Assembly (NCBI RefSeq): GCF_001194135.2
Contig: NC_069003.1
Location: 480,191 to 544,190, forward strand
Length of the DNA: 64,000 bases
Direction of reading: 5' to 3'
Source: Octopus bimaculoides
Taxonomy: Eukaryota
Shown: positions 54,581-64,000 of the stretch, piece by piece
Layout: the number at the start of each line of letters is the position of its first letter
How positions within the stretch are numbered: the first letter of the stretch is position 1
Made by a program: the position numbers and the translations under genes
The notes under the pieces: generated by a model
The model's input: the letters and a program-made list of their open reading frames with translations, nothing else
Told to the model about the DNA's origin: nothing
Database searches by the model: none

Positions 54581-55485
54581 CAACAGACATAAAAAAATAA
54601 ATAGATTAGAAGGCGGCGGCGGCGTCGGCGACAAAAATGTCTCCGAGCGAAGAACTTGTTACAGGAGACGTAAAATTGACCTTCACAGCATTTTCGGTGT
54701 TGTGGTTGTAAGCTAAGCACCAAGTGACACCTATTACCAAACTCTTTTACTGTGCTACAGACCATTCAAACTCTTAATACGACTGCAGTAGTGAGAACAC
54801 AAACAGCAGGAACGGCACTAAAACCACTGCACCAACAACAATACCATTCTCATACCACTCTTCTGTATAAACAATACTTCTACCGCTATTAGAGACGAAA
54901 TGGGGATAAACTACNNNNNNNNNNNNNNNNNNNNNNNNNNNNNNNNNNNNNNNNNNNNNNNNNNNNNNNNNNNNNNNNNNNNNNNNNNNNNNNNNNNNNN
55001 NNNNNNNNNNNNNNNNNNNNNNNNNNNNNNNNNNNNNNNNNNNNNNNNNNNNNNNNNNNNNNNNNNNNNNNNNNNNNNNNNNNNNNNNNNNNNNNNNNNN
55101 NNNNNNNNNNNNNNNNNNNNNNNNNNNNNNNNNNNNNNNNNNNNNNNNNNNNNNNNNNNNNNNNNNNNNNNNNNNNNNNNNNNNNNNNNNNNNNNNNNNN
55201 NNNNNNNNNNNNNNNCAAGCATCGATGGGTTCGACTAAACAAGAAGTGCATAAAAAGGATTAAAAAAAAACCCCTTTGACAAGCATTGCTCCCGCCTGGC
55301 CGCAGTCCAGTTCTTACCTTCAAAATTGTAGAAGGGTGTGTGTGTGTGGGTGGCGGTGGTGGTGGTGGTTGAAACCTTTACTCTTCTATGGTTATAAAAG
55401 CCCTCCCCCGTCACCTCCGCCTTACTGTTGTCAGTTTTGTTATGACAACCGGTAGTATATTATATACATACATTATATATACATT

Positions 55486-55525
<40 letters not shown>

Positions 55526-56758
55526 TATATATACTAAATATATCTATACATACTAAATATATATAAATACTATATATACATTCATACTATATATATACAT
55601 AGATATATAAATACTATACATACATATATACATATACATACACATACTATATATATACACATGCATATGTATTCTGTGTGTGTGTGTGTGTGTGTGTTTA
55701 TCGCGAGAGAGGGAGAGATTGAGAGTGGGAGTGAGAGAGAGGAGTGTGAATGAGTGAAAGGCGGAGGGAGGAAATGTGGGTTACAAATATTCTGAATGTG
55801 TCGGTAGTATTATTGTTTTGTCTAGGTGCCGATGCTGATGATGATGATGGTGATGGTGATGTTGACGGTGATGATGATGACGATGATGATGGTTATTATT
55901 ATGGCGATGATGACGAATCTTCTCGCAGCGATGGTAGCGACGCTAACCTAACGATGGCGCTGACGACGGAAGCGATGCAGCCACTGCTACACAGTTACTA
56001 TTTATTACTGCAGTGTTGCTGCTATTACAACTGCTGCTTGGGTGCCGTATCACGGCTGCTGCTGCTAACACCTAAGGATCCAGCGCTGTAACCTCTAGAT
56101 AAACGTTCGACCTGCTAAACATAGCAGCCAAAACCGTCCTCCCATCCTCTCAAACTAACAAATAACACATCGGGTTTATGCAGTGCTGCTGTGAACGAGG
56201 GGAGCCACGGATGGATAGCCTTCCGTTCATTTGGCTGTTCGGTCAGGCGCTGACCCGAAGGTTAAGCTACAGCAAACAACAGACACCCAAACAATGAAGA
56301 GCACCACTCCAGCCAGAGCCTGGACTACAACCAACACACCGACCCAGTAGCACCACTCCTACATCACCAATACCATCAAACGTACCAAACAACGCTACAT
56401 CATCATCATCACCATCATCGTCATCAGAAGCAATGATAGCATCATCCTACCATACCATCGCCAGCGATGCCATCGAAGTATTAATCGTCATCACCACCAC
56501 CACCACCACCACCACCACCACCGCTGCTGCTGGTGGTGGTGGTGGTGCTGCGGCAGTGTTAAACATGTTTAAGTCTCGATGAAGCGTCAAAATCAGATCG
56601 ATATATATATAGAAAGGTCAAAAAGCTGCAAAGAGAAGTGTGTGTGTGTGTATTTATAAATATATACACACGCACACACACATTTTGCGTGAGTGTGAAT
56701 CATACACAAAAGCTACACACACACACGCACACACGTGTGCATGTATGTGTGTGTACAT

Positions 56759-56791
<33 letters not shown>

Positions 56792-56861
56792 GTGCGTGAG
56801 TGTGAATCATACACAAAAGCTACAGACACACACGTGTGTGTGTGTGTCTGTGTACGTACAT

Positions 56862-56893
<32 letters not shown>

Positions 56894-57299
56894 GCAATCC
56901 ATACATATATATATATATATATACGTAGACACCCGCGCGCACCTAAACACGAAATATCAACGCAGGCGAATGTCATGAATATATAACAAGTTCCAAAGCA
57001 GAATATTGACATAGTCAGGAAAATGGATTTTCGTCGGTTTCGGCGAGGAACATTCAGAGTTGTTCAATCACTAGAACTCGTCGTCATCATCCATTAAATA
57101 ACAAAATAAGTGGCCGAGTACTCCACAGAGTATACAGAAATGTATACCCTTGATTTTATTTTCAGGCAGAATCACCATTCACTACTGTATTATAAGAATG
57201 GGCTTTTGGATTTCCAGGTAGAGTTTCCATTTACTGAATTTCTGAAACAAGATTATGGAAACCAAAACTTTGGAGTGAAAGAATAAATAAAAAAAAACA

Positions 57300-57380
57300 A
57301 GTGAAGCATTCCACGCAACGCGATCGAAACTGACACCTCCTCGTTGCGAAGTGAACGTCTTCACCACACAGCCATGCCGA
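57300..57380 (-). mobile_element. tRNA-derived SINE head
   Basis: Reverse complement ggcatggctgtgtggtgaag...gtttcgatcgcgttgcgtgg has A-box and B-box-like elements. Confidence 0.55.
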
Positions 57381-57593
57381 GAACCACATGCAAACACGGA
57401 CAAATTGGAATCCAGATAAACATGCATACTAAGCTTAGAAACACAAGATTCCTAAATTATTTGTGTTCCTATGTGCCGTCTGAGGAATTGTATGTGTGTA
57501 TATNNNNNNNNNNNNNNNNNNNNNNNNNNNNNNNNNNNNNNNNNNNNNNNNNNNNNNNNNNNNNNNNNNNNNNNNNNNNNNNNNNNNNNNNNN

Positions 57594-57660
<67 letters not shown>

Positions 57661-57855
57661 ATGCATGTATTTGTGTGTATGCATTGACCGATTTAAATGT
57701 TTGTGTGTATACGTGTGTGAGTACGTATGCATATTGTATGAGTTAATCAATATATGTACATGTACACATTACGCACAAGAGAGACACGGAATCACACACA
57801 CACATATACATTTGTGTAATATATATTAATATATATTTACGTTTGCGCACATGTG

Positions 57856-57908
<53 letters not shown>

Positions 57909-57992
57909 ATGAGCGGTTTGTGTATATATATATATATGCAGATATGCCATTGTATACGTAACTACAAGTGTATATAAGTGAANNNNNNNNNN

Positions 57993-58055
<63 letters not shown>

Positions 58056-58217
58056 CGATCAATAAAGCTGTTGTAATCCGCCATGTTACGACTGTTGAGT
58101 TGTGCTATTACAGCCCACTGTAGTAGACATGTACCTAGAGTTGCCTGGATCGATACATCGATCTACGAACAGAAAAATAGATGGACATACATGCATATGC
58201 ACACATGCACACACTCG

Positions 58218-58260
<43 letters not shown>

Positions 58261-58619
58261 ATGCAAGCGTGTTCCCTTTGTAGGTGTTGTGTTTCCGAAA
58301 AATATTTGGACCTATCAAAAGTAGATTTATTTTGCTCTTCACTATTTATCAACACTGCATTTGTCTATCTGGATGTTTGTCCTCTGTTTGCTGTGTACGT
58401 GTGTGTGTGTGTGTGTGTTCCTCCAACCACTCACACACACAAATATGCACGTGTTTATATATATATATATTATTGTGTGTGTGTGTTTATGTCTGTGTAT
58501 TCAGAAATAGTCAAGATTGTCACATCACACGTGTGTACATGGCGAAAATAGGTTTAAGAATCTGTATATTATATACACACCATGGCTCTATCCTGCACTA
58601 CATATGTATAGTGTTTATC

Positions 58620-58809
58620 CCCCCACCATCGCTTGACAACCGAAGTTGGTGTGATTACGTCCCCGTAACTTAGCGGTTCGGAAAAAAGAGACAGATAGAA
58701 TAAGTACTAGGCTTACAAAGAATAAGTCCTGGGATCGATTTTCTCGACTAAAGGCGGTACTCCAGCATGGCCGCAGTCAAATGACTGAAACAGGAAAAAG
58801 AGTAAAAGA

Positions 58810-58810
<1 letters not shown>
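58620..58810 (-). mobile_element. Abundant SINE-type repeat (gtcattggactgcggccatgctgg family)
   Basis: Reverse complement is similar to the plus-strand copy at 60583-60757: cagtcatttgactgcggccatgctggag...ccgctaagttacggggacgtaa. Confidence 0.85.
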
Positions 58811-58840
<30 letters not shown>

Positions 58841-58897
58841 CATATATATATGAATATGTGTATGTATGTATGTGTGTGTGTATATATATATATATAC

Positions 58898-58929
<32 letters not shown>

Positions 58930-58932
58930 GTA

Positions 58933-59080
58933 GGCAGTAGAACCAGAGGCAGACCTCGGTTTGTGTGGATGCTGCTGATATTGGGATCTGCGTTCTATGC
59001 CTTGACCCGAGCATAGAACAGGGCTCGCCCCTTTGAGCTGGAAAATGAATGGAATGCTAGGTGTATGTCCTGCTGTGGCT
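58933..59080 (+). mobile_element. RTE-type LINE 3' end remnant
   Basis: [12 protein letters not shown] (cf. G.R.RGRPR.RW.D) followed by a 9-bp perfect stem (58992-59000 / 59011-59019). Confidence 0.5.
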
Positions 59081-59106
59081 ACCCACTCTTATAAAAAAAA
59101 ATGGGG

Positions 59107-59143
<37 letters not shown>

Positions 59144-59174
59144 ATCTATAATCACTCATTATTTTGAGCAACAC

Positions 59175-59385
59175 GCTCGATCTACAAGAAATAGCAGCTA
59201 AATATCCAACAAATCCTTCCACCTAATTTTTAAAAAAAATTGCGCCAAGAACTGAATACATTCCTAGATACATGTATCCCAAAATAAAAAGGAGGAGCGA
59301 GATGATCGCAGGTAGAATGACTTTTAATTCGGGTTATTTGGCCAGAGGTGACCTAGTGTTTAACAACAACAACAACAACAACAAC
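59175..59385 (+). mobile_element. SINE/LINE 3' tail ending in (AAC)n
   Basis: ctacaagaaatagcagctaaatatcc...gatgatcgcaggtagaatg...gaggtgacctagtgtttaacaacaac. Confidence 0.6.
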
Positions 59386-59889
59386 GTCTTGTTACTAATT
59401 TTAATATAAAAGATGTTATTGCAGTTGTTGTTATTGTTTGGAGCCAAATCAAACCTAATCAAACGTATAAATATAATGAAAAGCGTTCCAGCTTTGACCA
59501 ACCATTCGTTTTACTAATGCTGGGAACTTAAGGACTACATTATCCCACCTAATTCACGGAAAATGCTTTGTGATATATCTTCCGCCTCGAAGTTCCCACT
59601 CGAAATTTTACCGAAGCTTTAAATTTGTTTTTCATTCCACCAAGGTCGGTAATACAAAGTACCAGTAGAATATTTGGGGGTCGGCTGTATCGACTAATCT
59701 CCCCCCTTCATATTTTCTAGTCTTGTACTCTAATCTTGCATTGAGTATGTGGCCCTTTTGTGCTCTAAGTACATGTATAATCATTAATCTGGACCCGGCC
59801 GGGTTGGCTATTTTTTCAGACACACATTAAAAGTCTGTCTACGGATTTGGGTGTCGTTATCATCATCATCATCATTAATTTTCTTTAAA

Positions 59890-60069
59890 GGTAGCGAGAT
59901 GGCAGGATCGTTAACACTTCGGTTAAAATGCTTAGCGGCATTTGGTCCGTCTTAACGTCCTGAGTTCAAATGCCGCCGAGGTCGACTTTAACTTTCATCC
60001 TTTCGGGGACGATTTAATCGACACAGCTCCTCGCCCAAGACTGCTGGCTTTGTGCCAAAATTTGAAACC
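59890..60069 (+). mobile_element. SINE (Nin-domain-like family)
   Basis: ggtagcgagatggcaggatcgttaac...gagttcaaatgccgccgaggtcgactttaactttcatcctttcgggg...gtgccaaaatttgaaacc, with an internal deletion. Confidence 0.85.
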
Positions 60070-60582
60070 GTTATCATTATTATTTTGATACAGGGTTTTG
60101 TTGAAACTCTTGGCGTTGCAGGTTTACTTCTTCCAGCCTACGGTCCCATTATGCTATGCTGTTCTTTCCAACTATATCAATGCTTTCCTGTTGATTGATT
60201 CAGGCAAACCTTTTCTTAACAGCTTAATTATAATAATAATTATTATTATTTACAATAAACATTTTGTCAGTCGCTTCGAAGTTTCATTTGATTACTGACG
60301 AAGGAGGTTAATAAAAAGAAAATCTGAAGTTACTGTCAACTTGTAAAAATAAAATATCTTTCAAACTTTTGTGATATTCATTCTATACTTACAAGGAGAG
60401 CATTGACAGTCAGCTTCATTAAAGTTTCGAGGTGTGTGTGTGTGTACGTATACATACACATACAACATATATATCTGTAAATGTTACATATATTATGACA
60501 TATATATATATCATACATACATATATTATACACACACACATATATATATATATATATACTAATTATAAATTATGCGTATCTT

Positions 60583-60757
60583 CTATCTTTTGTTTGAGTC
60601 ATTGGACTGCGGCCATGCTGGGGCACTGCCTTGAAGGATTTTGTCGACCCCCCCCCCCCAGTACTCATTTTCCAAAACTGGTACCTTATCATACGCTTAT
60701 ACCGAATTTACTAAGTTACTGGGACGTAAACAAACTAACACCGATTGTCGAGTGAGG
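60583..60757 (+). mobile_element. Abundant SINE-type repeat (same family as 58620-58810)
   Basis: gtcattggactgcggccatgctggggcactgccttgaagg...ctaagttactgggacgtaaacaaac. Confidence 0.85.
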
Positions 60758-60789
60758 GTGAGAGAGATAATTAAAAGATTCGATCACGG

Positions 60790-61065
60790 GTAGATGGCAT
60801 GGGCCGACTGGTGGAAGCTGTTTGTCCGTTTATAGAAGCAGATGGTGTTGAAGTAGTGAGGTGAGAAACAATAAGAATAAACAGTAAATCTGTGAAGCAA
60901 TGCTCGGATGAACCGCCATCATATGTTGATGAACCGGCATCAGATGTTGGAGATAGTCGAACGCAGTTTTGTGGAAGGTTACCGCCTTATCAAAGACGAA
61001 GTATTTGTTGATCCTTTGGAGGAAAACATCATTGGTGTGCAGAAACTAGATCTCTCTCTCTCTCT
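60790..61065 (-). mobile_element. Penelope-like RT core remnant
   Basis: Minus strand HTNDVFLQRIN...VTF...FNTICF...FHQ (cf. DT.DFL..+...LVT+D...N.F.F....Y.Q); degenerate. Confidence 0.45.
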
Positions 61066-61254
61066 TTCATTGTGTGTGTGTGTAAGTGTTGCTATTTTTA
61101 GATATACGAGTCGTACTACAATGTGAATCTTAACTGAGCTCTATAGAAGGTCAGCAACTGATCAGAACCGAATCATTTCCTGGCAACGGGGTTACAGTCT
61201 TTTGGGTTTCCTGATGTGTCATGTGATCCTACTTAAGGACCTGATTTAGGGTTG

Positions 61255-61535
61255 TATGTACTGCAATAGCTTCTGTAGACAGTACTGAGCTGGAGGTCCT
61301 TACTTACGGTTGCGGCCCAGTATGTTTGTTGCAGCAGCAACATATCTTATATACGTCGACATCTCGGATTTACCTACGAATGTCTTCTAGGATCCACGAA
61401 TTTAAGGTTTCCAAGAAGTAAATCCTCAGATCCATCCATGCAAAAGTTGCGGATTCAGACCCGTGTCTGACCCTTTAGCTGACCCTTTATTATGACTGAA
61501 TGGCGAGAATACAACTGGTTTGGTCACCGTTGCTA
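61255..61535 (+). mobile_element. RTE-type LINE RT C-terminal remnant
   Basis: VLTYGCGP (cf. VLLYG.E.W), IRRHLG (cf. LRRILG) and REYNWFGH (cf. RLRWFGH) in the correct order. Confidence 0.5.
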
Positions 61536-61611
61536 TTTGCAGTTTGTTCTAAGCCTCATTCTGTAGTTCATTTCACTCACACACTCTCTCCTTGTGTGTG
61601 TGTGAGTGTGA

Positions 61612-61669
<58 letters not shown>

Positions 61670-62089
61670 TTAGAGAGAGATGAGCCATCTGAGTAAAGGA
61701 AGCTGTCTTGAGCAAGACAGATTATGATCGTGCAGAACGTACTTTCATCGCAAAACAACCTTAAATGGCGGGTTTGGAGTGACACAGTGAACTGTTATAA
61801 AAATGGCTGGCCCACATCGTTGAAGTTGACTCTGGCAATCTACTCTGTCATTACTTGCAAGGCACTACTGGTCGCACAACGAACTCTTAAACATTGTTAT
61901 TGATGCATTAAAAAACAGCAATTTATTATTGTGAATATAATCAGACTGTTCAGTGTTAGCTGAGAGGGCAATGAATAGTAAAATTGTACAGAAAAAAAAG
62001 TAGAGAATCCATCATCAAATACGTACAGAAGGACGTGTGTGTGTGTGTGCGTGCAACATGAGAGACTGACGGACAGATCGGCTGATCGA

Positions 62090-62700
62090 CAGACAGGTGT
62101 AGGACGGTTGCGCAGCGTTTGGCGATTTACTGCGAGTCGTTTCTTGTCGTAGAGAAGAGAGATTTGAAAGAAGGTGGTCAGGGTGGTTACAACGGGTCCT
62201 AGTTGTGTGTCGGAACAGAAAAGTGCCAAATGAAGTCGAACATAAGAATCGGGATACTCTTTGGTAAGATTTTGGTGACTTGGAGACTGTACAGGAAGCA
62301 ATGTTGTTTGAAACGAGTCGTAAGTACGAAGGTGGTAGATCGACAAATAAGGGAGGGAGCGTCTCACACAGTAAACTGCTTGTAGAATAAGATAAGGTAT
62401 TGAATTGAAAGAAACTCGGGTTGGTCTGCAACGGTAAAAGGCGACTCATAGATTGTAGAAAATAAAAGGTGAATTATAGAAAGTTTGATTTGTCGAAAGG
62501 AGAGGAAATATTCAGCATTGCAGGACACTTATCCCTTCTTTGGAGAAAACGAAATAACTAAGGTTAATAACATGGACATTACGGTGGTTGAATGAAACAA
62601 GCAGAAAAACAAAGTCTTTCTCTCCGAAGACAGACGAAGAAATCGGGTTCACTAATATCAGGAATATAGGAAAGGGTCTGTCATCAAGTTTTGTAAAATT
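62090..62700 (-). mobile_element. Penelope-like RT N-terminal remnant
   Basis: Minus strand VINLSYFVFSKEGISVL (cf. VINLS...LS..E.SVL.KG), L*VAFYRCR, QNLTKE...GPVV (cf. NLT..E..AL...ADKG..VV) and LLYD. Confidence 0.6.
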
Positions 62701-62865
62701 CAACCGACGTGGATGGCTATTATCATTGTCAAGTGCAACAGGCAGCCCATCGTTACACACACACAGAAATGTATTTATTATTTATAATGAATGTTTCTGT
62801 TTCCTTTAAATTGGAAAAGAAACAGTAAGTACCATGAATAAAACGCTGCATCTACCCTCACCCCA

Positions 62866-62903
<38 letters not shown>

Positions 62904-63089
62904 ATAGACTGAGAACAAGAGTCCGAAATATTGGTTTTGCACTCTGTACGTCAACTCAAACTCTGGTATATATTTTTCTACCAACTTTTTACTGTCTAAT
63001 ACATATACACAAATACCCATAAATGCATATATATATACGCACACATATGCATATTATAGCTATTTATATATATACACATACATATATTA

Positions 63090-63094
<5 letters not shown>

Positions 63095-63178
<84 letters not shown>
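63095..63178. repeat. Long perfect (TA)n microsatellite, one representative of the pervasive simple repeats
   Basis: About 40 TA units. Comparable (CA/GT)n, (GA)n and (GATA)n tracts occur throughout, e.g. (GT)n at 20768-20830, (GATA)n at 9100-9195 and 54515-54580, (AAC)n at 40828-40860. Confidence 0.95.
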
Positions 63179-63182
<4 letters not shown>

Positions 63183-63286
63183 CACACACACACACTCATG
63201 TAGGCACATAAGTGCAAAATAAGGTGGAAAAAAGTAGTACTCGAGTATCAATGATAGAGTAAGAGTCTATTTTATAAAACCCAAAG

Positions 63287-63323
<37 letters not shown>

Positions 63324-63673
63324 ATATATTTGTGTGTGTGTGTACAGAGAGAGAGACACACATACATATGTATGCTCAGTGGCTGGACCCGATGCAACAG
63401 AGGTCTCCAGACCTCTCAGATAGGAAAAGTATTCATTCAACATATTTGAAATATGGCCCACCCACCCTACATAGAGTGTGTTCCGTGCGTGTGTGTAAGG
63501 TTGTATTCACACACACACACACACACGCGCATTATGTATGCGTTTATGTATGTATATTTCTATGTGTGTGTGTATATGTGTGCATAAAAACAAAAGCCTA
63601 TGAAAACGCAAATATATGTTTATATATATATATGCGTGTGTATGTATGTATGTATATATATATATCGTGGCTC

Positions 63674-64000
63674 TCGATCAGTTACGACGACGAGGGTTCC
63701 AGTTGATTCGATCAGTTACGACGACGAGGGTTCCAGTTGATTCGATCAACGGAACAGCCTGCTCATGAAATGAACGTTTAAGTGGCTGAGCACTCCACAG
63801 ACACGTGTACCCTTTGAAATACAGGTACAGCAGAAAAAGGAAGAAAGAGTAAGAGAAAGTTGTGGTGAAAGAGTACAACAAGGTTCATTGAGCTTTAAGT
63901 GTTTTCGCTCAATAAACACTCACAACGCCCAGTCTAGGAATCGAAATCGCGATCTCACGACCTCGAGTCCGCTGCCCTAACCACTAGGCTATTGCGCCAC
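63674..64000 (-). mobile_element. tRNA-derived SINE, near full length and well preserved
   Basis: Reverse complement starts ggcgcaatagcctagtggttagggcagcggactc (A box) and atttcgattcc (B box); its tail is shared with the 2870-3180 copy. Confidence 0.9.

Larger units (their letters stand above)
4938..57992. other. Assembly gaps (about 20 N-runs, roughly 6 kb in total)
   Basis: Largest runs are about 4938-5523, 7896-8421, 12971-13398, 14629-15130, 17158-17908, 19145-19691, 25591-26435 and 45301-45753; most are flanked by microsatellites. Confidence 0.98.

Noticed and set aside
55310-55335. Minus-strand GAAG|GTAAGA ratchet-like site
   Set aside because: The pyrimidine tract is poor and the site abuts a SINE fragment.
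55750-56091. 113-aa ORF with a hydrophobic stretch and poly-Asp, resembling a secreted acidic protein
   Set aside because: It is built from GAT/GGT/GCT trinucleotide mosaics like others in the window, has no convincing splice or promoter context and no recognisable family.
56686-56824. 32-bp direct repeat (56686-56717 and 56793-56824), and a similar cgtaggctatca duplication at 22146-22197
   Set aside because: Both are flanked by microsatellites and best explained by slippage or local misassembly; they are not CRISPR-like or functional arrays.
4912-57829. Long ORFs (up to 367 aa) in the ORF track that contain X runs
   Set aside because: They stay open only because N-gaps contain no stop codons.
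160-63881. Short ORFs rich in HTHT, YIYI, CVCV, LSLS, ERER
   Set aside because: These are translations of dinucleotide and tetranucleotide microsatellites, with no domain-like content.
63925-64000. tRNA-like sequence with A and B boxes
   Set aside because: It continues directly into a SINE body, so it is a SINE head rather than a tRNA gene.

Overview
This 64 kb window is AT-rich eukaryotic non-coding DNA, either a long intron or intergenic sequence. It is saturated with microsatellites ((CA)n, (TA)n, (GA)n, (GATA)n, trinucleotide mosaics) and broken by about 20 N-gaps totalling roughly 6 kb. The repeat style and SINE families look like a cephalopod (Octopus-like) draft assembly; this is inference from recalled repeat consensi, not from a search. 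I can support no intact protein-coding gene, rRNA, true tRNA or CRISPR array: the supplied ORFs are gap-spanning or microsatellite translations. Translating by eye shows decayed mobile elements: a CR1/L2-type LINE RT split by a SINE (2.15-3.5 kb), a Tc1/mariner transposase C-terminus (9.36-9.66 kb), several Penelope-like fragments (some with degenerate hammerhead-like motifs), RTE-type LINE ends, a hAT MITE with TIRs and TSD (27218-27508) and many tRNA-derived SINE pieces. The strongest lead not explained by repeats is a minus-strand recursive-splicing-like site at 6796/6797. It has a poly-pyrimidine tract, CAG|GTAAGT, a 124-nt AG-free zone and a second donor 45 nt downstream. A weaker similar site lies at 46.5 kb. 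Together they suggest the window may be part of a giant minus-strand intron removed stepwise. This is a hypothesis and needs RNA data.
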